DNA from: a virus
Taxonomy: Duplodnaviria > Caudoviricetes
IMG/VR virus record: IMGVR_UViG_2728369500_000003
Coordinates: 9,917 to 73,916 of that record
Direction: 5' to 3' (one strand)
Length of the DNA stretch: 64,000 nt
Part shown: positions 9,373 through 19,031 of the stretch, one piece after another
How the letters are laid out: each line of letters begins with the position of its first letter
How positions within the stretch are numbered: the stretch's first letter is position 1
Position numbers and translations under genes: made by a program
Notes under the pieces: model-generated
What the model was told of the DNA's origin: nothing
The model's database searches: none
Seen by the model: the letters and a program-made list of their open reading frames with translations, nothing else

Positions 9373-9723
9373 ATGAATAAAGAAATTTTCCCAACAGAGC
9401 CCAGCGAAGATGGCTTTTTCTACCAAAGTGAAGAGGAGAAAAACAGCGGCATATTAACCCGGAAATACGACAACGGAAGTGAAGTAAAACACCTTGAACT
9501 CAAGGATGGCCGAAAAGCTTCGGTGAGAAAGCTCAAAGGCCGGGATTTTGTCGAAACCAAGAAAAGAATGCAAAATGATCCTGCCGGTGATTTTGAAACC
9601 ATCAATATGAGTGTAGCCACCACCATAGAGGGAAAACAGCAGCCCCCGGAATTTTATCTCGATGATCTCTTCCAGGATGATTATGCAAAACTCATGATCG
9701 CGTTTTCCTCATTAAATTTTTAA
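9373..9723 (+). CDS. Tail assembly chaperone (P2 gpE-like)
   Basis: Between tube and tape measure; start MNKEIF shared with copy B. Confidence 0.7.
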   Translation: MNKEIFPTEPSEDGFFYQSEEEKNSGILTRKYDNGSEVKHLELKDGRKASVRKLKGRDFVETKKRMQNDPAGDFETINMSVATTIEGKQQPPEFYLDDLFQDDYAKLMIAFSSLNF

Positions 9724-9866
9724 TAGGGCTCAGGGAAATAGCCTTTACAGCGCACTTCTATGGCATATCACCATTAGAGGTAGAACAGTGGTACAGCCGT
9801 GAGATATACCTTTATTATAGAGAAGCGGTAGCCATTCATAATACCTTAAACTCTATCGAAGAATGA
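9717..9866 (+). CDS. -1 frameshift extension of the chaperone (gpE+E'-like)
   Basis: T run 9717-9721 before the stop; -1 frame open 49 codons (IAFTAHFYGISPLEVEQWYSREIY), TGA overlaps tape-measure ATG; conserved in B. Confidence 0.7.
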   Translation, partial: FLIGLREIAFTAHFYGISPLEVEQWYSREIYLYYREAVAIHNTLNSIEE

Positions 9867-12043
9867 ATCATGCAGCTACCGCCGTAACCCTTTTACTCAG
9901 AGCCGATATTTCAGGCGCAGAGTCCGCCATCAGACAACTTGACAGATCTTTCTCCGGCACATTAAGCAGAATCAATGCACAGGGACAATCCTTGATCAAT
10001 AGGGGGAAGAAAATGCAGGAGGCAGGCCTTTCCAACATGGCTGGAGGTGCTGCCATGCTCGCTCCATTAGGTTTAGCCGTAAAACAGGCCATAGAATTAG
10101 AATCAAAAATTGCCGATGTGGCCAAGGTAACCAATGATGATTTTGGAAGTAAAGGGTTTACTGAATTAACCAATAATGCCATCGCTGTTTCTAATCTATA
10201 CGGAGGGGCTGCTACCAGTGTAGCAGAACTCATGGCCGAATTGGCAGCAGGAGGCGTGGCCAAAAAAGAAATTGATGGAGTGGCAAGGTCTGCCAGTAAG
10301 ATTTCTTTCGCCTTTGACATGGCAGCAGGGGAGGCAGCCAAAGGCTATATGGTCATTAAAAATGCCATGGGCATTACCCTAAAAGAAACCGATGCCGTAA
10401 TGGATGCCATGAACGCCGCCACCAACAAATTTGGCGGTAAAGCTTCCAATCTGGTGACTTTTATGGCCAAGGGCGGAGCCTCTGTAGCCAGTACATTAAA
10501 AGTTTCAGGAACTCATATGCAGGCCTTCGGGAATGCCCTGCAGGTTGTAGGACAAAGCGGCGAAGAGTCCGCAACCATCATGAAAAGATTCCAAAAAGCC
10601 ATCATGGGAAATAAGGAGCTCAGCGCGATGTTTGTTAAAGCAGGCGGCGGAGCAAAAGGACTCATCGCTATTTTGGAAAAAGCAAAAGCCAGCGGTAATG
10701 CCTTTAGCTGGCTCAATAAAAGAGATGTCGGTGAATACAGTAACGCGGTAGCTCAATTAGCTGCCAATATGGATACAGCAACCGGAGTCAGAAACCAGCT
10801 TAACTTTCTCTCTAAAAATTCCAATGTGACAGGTAGTGTTCAAAATGAAGCCCAGAACCGCTTAAAAACAACAGGTGCACAATTGGAAATCCTAAAGCAG
10901 CAAACCATCAATGCCGGTATTAAAATAGGAGGCGCTTTATTACCCTCCCTAATGAAGCTGGCTCAGGCTGCAAAACCACTCATAGACAACCTTTCTAAAT
11001 GGATAACAGAAAATCCTAAATTAGTGGAGGGTATTGTAAAAATCATTGCAGCCATTGCCGCTCTAAAGATAGGAGTCGGCGCCTTACAATTTGGACTTGG
11101 AAGTACGATCACCACGATAGGAAAATTTATCACTGGCGGAAGTAAGGCACTAAGTGCCATTTCTAAGTTTTCCTCAACAATAGGACCGCACATCGGTAAA
11201 ACTTTCACAGTAGTGGGCAGAGTTTTTACCAGTATAGGCCCCGCCGCCATAAAAGCCGCTATGGGTCTGGGAAAAGCATTCAGGTTTATTGGGATCGCTT
11301 TTTCCACCGTGTCAAAATTACTCATCGCAAATCCCTGGATACTCTCTCTGACCGCCATTGCAGCAGCAGCCTATCTTATTTATAAAAACTGGGATAAGAT
11401 TTCCACCTGGTTTTCTAAATTATGGACCAAGGTAGCCGCTGTTTTCCGTTCCTATATTAAACTCATATCCGCTCTGCTGATCAAATTCACCCCTGCAGGA
11501 CTGATCTATAAACATTGGGATAAGATAAAAGGATGGTTCTCCTCACTCTGGGGCACTCTAAAAGAACTCTTTAATAAAGGACTGGAAGGCATTAAATTTT
11601 TATTTTTGAATTTCACTCCGCAGGGGCTGATCTACAAACACTGGTCTCCCATTACTGCTTTTTTCCAGAAATTATGGGACAAGGTCAAAGAGATATTCGC
11701 TAAAGCGATCAGTTGGATAAAAAATTCTGCGATAGGCCCATTAATCAGTAAGATGTTAAGTGGCCTGCAAGGAGCCGTGAGCAGTACCCGTTCCGCTCTT
11801 GATTACGCCTCAAAAAATTCTCTGGACGCAACAATTAATCATGTGGGAGGCACTAAAGCGCTCCCTCAACCCAAATCGTATGCCCGAAATCTAAACAGCA
11901 GCATGAGCTTCGCACCGGTGATTAATATAAGCGGCAGTATGGATCAGCCGACCCAACAAAAACTGACCGCCCAGATGCGAAGGGATTTTGAAAAGCAAAT
12001 GGCAGACTACAGTCACGGACAAAAAAGAAAAGGATTCGAATGA
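9863..12043 (+). CDS. Tail tape measure protein
   Basis: 726 aa Ala/Gly-rich, TP901-type core, C-terminal periodic W/F repeats. Confidence 0.92.
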   Translation: MNHAATAVTLLLRADISGAESAIRQLDRSFSGTLSRINAQGQSLINRGKKMQEAGLSNMAGGAAMLAPLGLAVKQAIELESKIADVAKVTNDDFGSKGFTELTNNAIAVSNLYGGAATSVAELMAELAAGGVAKKEIDGVARSASKISFAFDMAAGEAAKGYMVIKNAMGITLKETDAVMDAMNAATNKFGGKASNLVTFMAKGGASVASTLKVSGTHMQAFGNALQVVGQSGEESATIMKRFQKAIMGNKELSAMFVKAGGGAKGLIAILEKAKASGNAFSWLNKRDVGEYSNAVAQLAANMDTATGVRNQLNFLSKNSNVTGSVQNEAQNRLKTTGAQLEILKQQTINAGIKIGGALLPSLMKLAQAAKPLIDNLSKWITENPKLVEGIVKIIAAIAALKIGVGALQFGLGSTITTIGKFITGGSKALSAISKFSSTIGPHIGKTFTVVGRVFTSIGPAAIKAAMGLGKAFRFIGIAFSTVSKLLIANPWILSLTAIAAAAYLIYKNWDKISTWFSKLWTKVAAVFRSYIKLISALLIKFTPAGLIYKHWDKIKGWFSSLWGTLKELFNKGLEGIKFLFLNFTPQGLIYKHWSPITAFFQKLWDKVKEIFAKAISWIKNSAIGPLISKMLSGLQGAVSSTRSALDYASKNSLDATINHVGGTKALPQPKSYARNLNSSMSFAPVINISGSMDQPTQQKLTAQMRRDFEKQMADYSHGQKRKGFE

Positions 12044-12891
12044 TATTTCAATTAGGCAATAAAGAATTTTCAGGCCTCTACGCCCCGGAAGCATGGTCTT
12101 ATTCCGGAAATGAGGCTGTGCTTTCCCAGTATGATTTGATAGGCTCCAAGCCAAGGCTACAATTGGGGAGTGAAACCCTGGAAGAATTATCCCTACAGCT
12201 CACTTTAAGAGCGGATTTCTGCAATATCAATCAGGAATTACAGGATTTTGAAACATGGAAAAGCACAGGAGAAATATTACCCCTGATATTAGGCAATGGG
12301 GAGTATATCAACGATTTTGTACTCAAGTCCGCAGTGAAAACCATCTCGCAGACTTTCAGCGATGGATCCCCTATTGAGATTCAGGTTTCTCTGTCTCTTT
12401 TGGAAGTAGCTAATGATCCTGATAAGAAAAAAATCAATGCAAGGAAAAATGCACGGGCTGTTGGTGATAAACAGCAGATCAATACACTTCCTCCACAGCC
12501 CAAAACCTCAGAAGCACAGGCCCATAAAGCACTCATGGATGCCCAGTTAAAAGCATGGCAGGCCGCTGAAACAGCCAATCAAACCCTCCAAGTGGACAAT
12601 CCCGCTTCTTTATTTGACAAAGTTAAAAACACTCTCGATCAGGCGCAGAATAACATGACCAAAGCAATCGATGCTATTTCTGAGGCGCAGCAGCAGATCC
12701 ATAATGCAGCCGGTATTATTTCAGCCCTTAAAGAGTCTATGGCTCAGCTCACAGAGATTAAAACGGTAATGAAAGAACCTTTCAGAACACAAGACGTAAA
12801 GGCTGCTGTTTTGAATGCACAAAACGGAATCAGGGCGGTTAATACCGCTTCTACCGTATTCACTAATGATATTATTCTAAGAAAAATATAA
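12040..12891 (+). CDS. Tail protein (P2 GpU-like) with coiled-coil C-terminal extension
   Basis: MIFQLG start, KPRLQ..ETLEEL motif, position after tape measure. Confidence 0.65.
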   Translation: MIFQLGNKEFSGLYAPEAWSYSGNEAVLSQYDLIGSKPRLQLGSETLEELSLQLTLRADFCNINQELQDFETWKSTGEILPLILGNGEYINDFVLKSAVKTISQTFSDGSPIEIQVSLSLLEVANDPDKKKINARKNARAVGDKQQINTLPPQPKTSEAQAHKALMDAQLKAWQAAETANQTLQVDNPASLFDKVKNTLDQAQNNMTKAIDAISEAQQQIHNAAGIISALKESMAQLTEIKTVMKEPFRTQDVKAAVLNAQNGIRAVNTASTVFTNDIILRKI

Positions 12892-13112
12892 TAGCCGATA
12901 CGATTCAATATATCACGCAAGATGGAGAGAGATGGGATTCCATTTCCTGGAAAATGTATGGAACCGTGAGAGAAATTCCACGATTAATTTCTGCTAATCC
13001 CCAGGTGCCCATTTCTGAAAGACTAAAAGCAGGGACTGTGCTGGAGGTTCCAGTATTGGAAAGTTACAACCTAAAAACCGAAAAAGACCAATTACCACCA
13101 TGGAAACGCTAG
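12891..13112 (+). pseudogene. Tail protein X (P2 gpX-like) with start codon ATG changed to ATA
   Basis: Frame intact and homologous to 55400-55621 (YITQDGERWDSI) but first codon is ATA. Confidence 0.65.
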
Positions 13113-14155
13113 ATCAGATATACATCAAAGTCCTTTATAATGGTAAAAACATTACCGCAGATGTAAGCAAAAGCCTCATGTCTTTGGGGTATACAGATCA
13201 TATGTCCGAGGCAGATACTCTGGACATTACCCTGGAGGATTCTGAGTGTAAATGGCAGAGTGAGTGGTATCCCGAGAAAGGTGCAAAGATCACTGCTCAA
13301 ATCGGTATTGCAGGAGGTGAAGTCTTAGATTGCGGAATCTTTGAAATTGATGAGATTGAATTGTACGGCAGCCCCGATGCAGTCAATATACGCTGTATCG
13401 CAGCCGGATTTAAACAGGGACAGAAAAGAACCCTAAAAAGCCATGTTCACGAAAAGAAAACCCTTTCTCAGATCGTGCATACCATCGCAGCAGATCTAGG
13501 GTTAAAAGTCATTGGCAATGTGAGCCAGGTAAAAGTAGAGAGGCTCGTTCAGCAGAAAAAAGGCAATCTGACCACGCTCAAAAAACTCGCTTCCAGATAC
13601 GGCTATACCTTCAATGTCAGGGATCAGAATTTAATTTTTATTAAAAACGAAGAATTGGAGGGTAAACAGGCCGTAGCCTATTTCGATAAAACGGATCTAA
13701 TCAGCTTCTCTTTAACGGATAGAACTTTTGGCACCTATAGCTCCGCATCTATCAGGTTTCACAATCCGGAAGCAGGATCCATTATTGAGTATAAGACCTC
13801 AGAGGGAGGACTCCCCAATTCAGATGATGTCCTACATTTAGAACAGAGCGTAGATAGTATCGAGCAGGCACAGCAGATCACAAAATCAGCCCTCCGGGAA
13901 GCTAATAAAATGCAGCAATCAGGAAATATTGCCCTTCCCGGATCTGTGGTTCTGATAAGCGGCAATATCATTTCCCTGCATCGCCTGGGAAGACTTTCCG
14001 GGGATTATCTGATCAAAAGTGCTTCTCATACCTTGAGCAGTACCAGCGGCTGGCTGGTAGATGCAGAGATCTATAAAGTAGGATATAAGGAGGAGCTAGA
14101 AAAACAGACCGAAAGAAATACCCCGAAAAAAAATAAAAAAGACAGCAGCCAGTAA
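13100..14155 (+). CDS. Late control D / baseplate hub protein
   Basis: YTDHMSEADTLDITL, DCGIFEIDEIE motifs; P2 gene order. Confidence 0.85.
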   Translation: METLDQIYIKVLYNGKNITADVSKSLMSLGYTDHMSEADTLDITLEDSECKWQSEWYPEKGAKITAQIGIAGGEVLDCGIFEIDEIELYGSPDAVNIRCIAAGFKQGQKRTLKSHVHEKKTLSQIVHTIAADLGLKVIGNVSQVKVERLVQQKKGNLTTLKKLASRYGYTFNVRDQNLIFIKNEELEGKQAVAYFDKTDLISFSLTDRTFGTYSSASIRFHNPEAGSIIEYKTSEGGLPNSDDVLHLEQSVDSIEQAQQITKSALREANKMQQSGNIALPGSVVLISGNIISLHRLGRLSGDYLIKSASHTLSSTSGWLVDAEIYKVGYKEELEKQTERNTPKKNKKDSSQ

Positions 14156-14205
14156 GTTTTAATGATAAAGCCAACTGGAGAATCCTTAAAAAATTGGCCA
14201 CCACA

Positions 14206-14691
14206 ATGCTAAAATTCGGATTTATAACAGAAATAGACCACGCTAAAGGGTGTGTCAGAGTGAACTTTGCCAGCGATCAGATCGTCAGCAATCCCCTGCC
14301 GGTATCTGTACCGGCTTCAAAAAAGGACAAATACACATTCCCATTTTCAATCAATGAGCAGGTATGGTGCCTGATGGATGAAAACTGTGAATTCGGAGTC
14401 GTGGGCGGCGCCATCTATTCCCAGAAAGATTTCCCGCCACAAGGAGCCCGTGAAGATAAGCTCATCACAGAAATGAACGATGGTACATTTAGACTGGAAA
14501 TTGATAAAGCAAGCGGGAAATTCAAGATCAGCAATCCCGAAGTTAGTTTTAAGGAATTGTTTGAGGATTTAAAAATACTCATTGAAAACCTCAAAGTCAA
14601 AACATCCTCAGGACCCAGCGCAGGACTCCTGCCCGATACCATAGAGCGATTAAACCAGTTCGAACAGAAATACGAAAAAATACTATCCTGA
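14206..14691 (+). CDS. Baseplate spike protein (gpV-like)
   Basis: MLKFGFITEID.AKGCVRV, PFSINEQVWCLMD OB-fold motifs. Confidence 0.8.
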   Translation: MLKFGFITEIDHAKGCVRVNFASDQIVSNPLPVSVPASKKDKYTFPFSINEQVWCLMDENCEFGVVGGAIYSQKDFPPQGAREDKLITEMNDGTFRLEIDKASGKFKISNPEVSFKELFEDLKILIENLKVKTSSGPSAGLLPDTIERLNQFEQKYEKILS

Positions 14692-14912
14692 TGCCATTAG
14701 ATAAAAATACATTAAAAACCGAAATTAAAGCCATTCTATCCGATATGGAAAACAAAGAAACGGACAGCAAAGAAGAATTTGCCCAAAGACTTTCAGAGGC
14801 TATTGATGCATTTGTTAAGAGCGCTACGGTTACGGTCGCTGCGGGAATTCCGGTAACAACCTCCGGCGGATCGGGCTCTACTTCAGAGCAAGGAACTGGA
14901 ACCATCTCCTAA
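14691..14912 (+). CDS. Small conserved baseplate-region protein
   Basis: 73 aa, conserved in B (57203-57424). Confidence 0.6.
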   Translation: MPLDKNTLKTEIKAILSDMENKETDSKEEFAQRLSEAIDAFVKSATVTVAAGIPVTTSGGSGSTSEQGTGTIS

Positions 14913-14915
14913 AGG

Positions 14916-14959
14916 CAAATATTCAGCAAAAATTTTCCCGGCACAAGACATTAAGTTTG
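14916..14959 (+). promoter_or_regulatory. Putative late promoter: CAAATATTCAGCAA plus TAAGTTTG -7 box
   Basis: 36-nt spacing; same at 57428/57464. Confidence 0.6.
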
Positions 14960-14963
14960 CCCT

Positions 14964-15881
14964 ATGCAAGTGAGCGATATCCCAACAAAAAACTGGCAGT
15001 TAGACCTTAACAATGCAGGTAAAATTGTAGCCGGATATGATGATATTCAGCAGTGTATTGCTATTATTCTGCGCACCCGAAAAGGAGAAGACCCCCTAAG
15101 ACCAGACTTTGGAAGTGATATCTGGAAATGGCTCGATAAACCCATATCTGCCTCAATTCCCAACATGAAAAGAGAAATTATTCAGGCCCTGCAATCATAT
15201 GAACCCCGAATAACCATCCAAAAAATTGTCCATGAAATGGATATAACAGAGGGCAAAAGCAATATTATTTTTGGGATTACCTACAAAACCGGAGAGAATT
15301 ACACAGGTACCTTTCAGTATCACCTGAAACAGGACACCAGGCCTTTGGCTCTTTCCGCATCCTACCTGCCTGATGCATTCCTCTATTTTATTGAGATGTC
15401 TTTACAGGGTGGGGAGGTTACTCCAGCGAGTCCACAAAATGGATTCCTGTCTATTAATGAAATGATGAAATGGGTACATCAATTTTGGGGAAATCTGGGC
15501 AATTGGTATCTACTCATCCAGGAAAACAAGGTGATTGTGTATATCAATACCCAATTAGGAGCATCCGGTAAATTGACCGTCACAAGTGTTACAAGTGAAT
15601 TACACGCACCATTTCCAGAGAGATACGATCTTATCAATTACAATATCATATTTAAGAAAGACGGACGCAGAATAGCTCCCTGGAATTCAGAAGGCTTTCA
15701 GACCGAAAATGAAGCGTTGAATTTCGTAAGTCAGCAATACAAAGACTATGGGAAGTGGATCTTAAAAGACAATTATTTAGTGCTCATAGCAAGTGAGCCT
15801 TTAGATGGCTGTACGTTAGAAATTAACCTATTAACAAAAGGGGCTTTTAGCTCTGATTTTAATGAAGACTTTGAAATATAA
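14964..15881 (+). CDS. Baseplate wedge gp25/GpW-family protein with long C-terminal extension
   Basis: ILRTRKGEDPLRPDFGS...YEPRI gp25 motifs in the first ~115 aa. Confidence 0.8.
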   Translation: MQVSDIPTKNWQLDLNNAGKIVAGYDDIQQCIAIILRTRKGEDPLRPDFGSDIWKWLDKPISASIPNMKREIIQALQSYEPRITIQKIVHEMDITEGKSNIIFGITYKTGENYTGTFQYHLKQDTRPLALSASYLPDAFLYFIEMSLQGGEVTPASPQNGFLSINEMMKWVHQFWGNLGNWYLLIQENKVIVYINTQLGASGKLTVTSVTSELHAPFPERYDLINYNIIFKKDGRRIAPWNSEGFQTENEALNFVSQQYKDYGKWILKDNYLVLIASEPLDGCTLEINLLTKGAFSSDFNEDFEI

Positions 15882-16984
15882 TGGAAGCACCTGAATTTAT
15901 AGATATAGACCCTGAAACCATTATCCGCGAGATAAAATCGGACTACGAGCAGATGACCGGCAGTACCCTTTATCCCGGACAGGTAGAACAATTGCTGATT
16001 AATGCTTTGGCCTATCGGGAAGTCTTATTAAGAACACAGATTCAAAATGCCGCAACACAGAATCTGGTAGCCTTCAGCTCTGCCCCCTTTTTAGATTTCC
16101 TGGGAGATCTGGTCGGCGTAAAAAGACTTCCACCTTCTAAGGCTTTCGTTCAGGTAAAAATGAAATGTACGCCAGGACACGGAGTTCTCACCATACCAAA
16201 GGGCATTAGAATACAGGCTAATAATACCGGGGAGGTCTTTGCTCTCATGGAGGATGTGACCCTTCAGGCTGATGAAGATGAAAAAACAGCATCATTTGTC
16301 AGTGTGAATAACGGCGCACAGGCTAATGGATTGAATCCCGGGGAAATATCAATCATATTAGACCCTCAGCCTTATCTCTTCTCGGTAACCAACATCAATA
16401 CATCCACAGGCGGAAGCAATGAAGAATCGGACGAAGCTTTGCGAGAGCGTATTACCCTGGCTCCACAATCTTTCAGCAATGCCGGAAGCCGCGGAGCGTA
16501 TGCCTTTTTTGCACGCAGCGCCAATGCAGCAATTATGGATGTAGGAATCACCTCCCCTCTTCCCGGTCAGGTTAATATTTATCCATTAATGAAAGACGGA
16601 GAATTACCCAGCCAGGCCGTTTTGGACCAGGTAAAGATCGCATGCAGCGATGAAAAAGTACGACCCCTCACAGACACAGTTATCGTACTGCCCCCTACCG
16701 CTAAAAGTTACCAGATTGATGTTGATCTCACATTAATCACAGGGGCTTTAAGTTCGGAAGTTATCGCTATGGTACATGATAAACTCATCAATTATGCCAG
16801 CAGCAGGAAGATGAAAACAGGACTTGACGTGGTTATCGAAAAAATTATAGGAGAAGCCATGAAAGTAGATTCTGTGTATGAGGTAAAGGTAAATTCACCT
16901 TTATCGACAATCCTTGTCGGTGAAGATCAGGTAGCCCTATGCTCGGGGGTCAATGTTAAAGTAACAGGATATAGCGATGAATAA
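15881..16984 (+). CDS. Baseplate J-like protein
   Basis: GGSNEESDEALRERI, FSNAGSRGAY, VRPLTDTV motifs. Confidence 0.9.
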   Translation: MEAPEFIDIDPETIIREIKSDYEQMTGSTLYPGQVEQLLINALAYREVLLRTQIQNAATQNLVAFSSAPFLDFLGDLVGVKRLPPSKAFVQVKMKCTPGHGVLTIPKGIRIQANNTGEVFALMEDVTLQADEDEKTASFVSVNNGAQANGLNPGEISIILDPQPYLFSVTNINTSTGGSNEESDEALRERITLAPQSFSNAGSRGAYAFFARSANAAIMDVGITSPLPGQVNIYPLMKDGELPSQAVLDQVKIACSDEKVRPLTDTVIVLPPTAKSYQIDVDLTLITGALSSEVIAMVHDKLINYASSRKMKTGLDVVIEKIIGEAMKVDSVYEVKVNSPLSTILVGEDQVALCSGVNVKVTGYSDE

Positions 16985-17609
16985 TATACTGCCCGAGAGC
17001 TTGCAGCAACCCCATATCATCGCTTTTGACCTTTTGGCAAAAAAGCGCTTTAATGCCATAGAGCTAGATACCCTGCTGGTCTACATGATTGATTCCGTAC
17101 CGGAATCAGTCCTAAGAACATTAGCGATTCAGTTTGATCTCATGGGCTACAATGGATGGAAACTCGCAGACACCACCGAAAAGAAAAGAGACCTTATCAA
17201 AAGAGGAATTGAGCTTCACAGGTATAAAGGGACGCTCTGGGCCATCAAAGAAGCCCTGAGAACAGTAGGATTTCCTGATGCAACCATTACAGAGCATGTA
17301 AACCACTGGGCAGGATTTACCATTGAACTGGGTATTGGGCAGAATGCTGTAGATCCACAGCGTATTGAAGATGCCCTGGCCATGGTCAAAGCCTATAAGA
17401 ATGAACGATCACATCTCATGGGATTTGAATTTAAACTCGATTTCCAGGAAATGCTTTCATTGGTCGATGACAGCTATGAAGCTCCCGGAATAGAAAGTGA
17501 AGATGCTCTATTCTTAGGGGGTGACTTTATATATGACGGCACCTACACCTACAATGGTGAAAAAAATTACAACAACGACAACGATGTTTTAGAAATCATA
17601 ATAAACTGA
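16977..17609 (+). CDS. Tail protein I (P2 gpI-like)
   Basis: LHRYKGTLWAIKEAL motif; follows J. Confidence 0.85.
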   Translation: MNNILPESLQQPHIIAFDLLAKKRFNAIELDTLLVYMIDSVPESVLRTLAIQFDLMGYNGWKLADTTEKKRDLIKRGIELHRYKGTLWAIKEALRTVGFPDATITEHVNHWAGFTIELGIGQNAVDPQRIEDALAMVKAYKNERSHLMGFEFKLDFQEMLSLVDDSYEAPGIESEDALFLGGDFIYDGTYTYNGEKNYNNDNDVLEIIIN

Positions 17610-17610
17610 G

Positions 17611-18051
17611 ATGAAAGAAAATATAATAACAAAAGGATCTCTGGAAATCATTGTAAAAGATTCGGCAACACGACAAACCCTGAAGCGGATGAGCGGTGAT
17701 AATCTTATTGTTTCCGGAGGAATCATCAACGTAGCCAAACTACTGGGCGGAGATCTTTCCGGGAAAAGTATTTCCAAAGTAGGTTTTGGTGAAGGCCTCG
17801 CCGATCCCTCACCACAAGACAATGCCCTGGTCAATGGTTTCTATAAAAATATAGATAGCGTTACCTACCCTTCCATGAGTAAGGTACAATTTACTTTTTC
17901 TTTAGCTGCCGGGGAGGCGAACGGACTCAAAATTACAGAGCTGGGACTTTTTAATGCAGATCTGGTCATGTTTTCAAGAAAAACCAGACCGGAAATACTC
18001 AAGACATCAGCAATTATTTTAACAGGAATCTGGACCATAACAATTAACTAA
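17611..18051 (+). CDS. Baseplate/tail-fibre attachment protein
   Basis: EANGLKITELGLF motif resembling tail-fibre N-terminal domains; conserved in B. Confidence 0.55.
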   Translation: MKENIITKGSLEIIVKDSATRQTLKRMSGDNLIVSGGIINVAKLLGGDLSGKSISKVGFGEGLADPSPQDNALVNGFYKNIDSVTYPSMSKVQFTFSLAAGEANGLKITELGLFNADLVMFSRKTRPEILKTSAIILTGIWTITIN

Positions 18052-18052
18052 A

Positions 18053-19030
18053 ATGGGAGTTTTACAAGAATCAGCAGAGTGGGAAAAAAGCATCTATCAG
18101 ATAGAACAGTCGGATGTAGTACGGGGAGGTGATCCCCAGTCCGGAGGAATTGCCAACCGACAGGCTCAGCAGCTGGCCAATAGAACGAAGTATCTTTATG
18201 ATCATTTCAGCAAAAGAAAATCTCTAACCATCAAGCAGGTTTCACAGAGCATTCAATTGACTTTGCCTGATATCGTGGATAAAGACGTCGTTTTGGATAT
18301 TGCAAGCAGCGGCAAAGTGGTAACAGTAAATACTTCAGGAATTAATGAGGGTCAGGTTATGTCTTTCACCGCACTGGGGACAAACAGAAACGCCGTAAAA
18401 ATAGAAACCGGAATCCCCATAGAAGCAACTCCCGATGATGAGTTTAAAACAGATTTGTGGTTACATGGCGGAGAAAGCTTTTCAGCAGCATTCTACGGAG
18501 GTAAACTCTATCTCATCGGTGGAAATATTCATCTGGAAAACATTGGTGAAGTACGCTATGGATATACCCCGCAATCTTTCTCTCTCCCGGCAAACGGCAC
18601 TCTTGTTAACCGAGCGGATTTCCCAAGACTTTGGCAAATGGTCAGCAAATATTCCAAGATCGTTACAGACTCCCAGTGGCTCAGTGCCAGTGGTTTAAAC
18701 AGCGGATATTTTTCCTCAGGCAATGGTACTTCTACTTTCAGGGTGCCGGATTTACGAGGTCTTTTCATTCGTGGATTAGACGCTGGAAGGGGCATAGACC
18801 TGGACAGAAATTCAGCAAACATTCAGGACGGATCTTTCCAGGCAGATGCTTTAAAAAAGCACAAACACCTCATTACCGATGTTCATCCCTATGATGGATT
18901 TGCACTGCTGGGAGGAGGATTTAATGGAGGAGCAAATAACTTCAAATGGAGAAATACTGAAACCCAGGAAGCAGGAACCTATGAAACAAGACCGCAAAAC
19001 ATAGCCCTAACACCTTATATAAGATTTTAA
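18053..19030 (+). CDS. Tail fibre protein with tail-collar domain
   Basis: IYQIE...NRQAQQLANRT N-terminus; ANG...FPRLW...FRVPDLRGLFIRG collar motif. Confidence 0.85.
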   Translation: MGVLQESAEWEKSIYQIEQSDVVRGGDPQSGGIANRQAQQLANRTKYLYDHFSKRKSLTIKQVSQSIQLTLPDIVDKDVVLDIASSGKVVTVNTSGINEGQVMSFTALGTNRNAVKIETGIPIEATPDDEFKTDLWLHGGESFSAAFYGGKLYLIGGNIHLENIGEVRYGYTPQSFSLPANGTLVNRADFPRLWQMVSKYSKIVTDSQWLSASGLNSGYFSSGNGTSTFRVPDLRGLFIRGLDAGRGIDLDRNSANIQDGSFQADALKKHKHLITDVHPYDGFALLGGGFNGGANNFKWRNTETQEAGTYETRPQNIALTPYIRF

Positions 19031-19031
19031 G

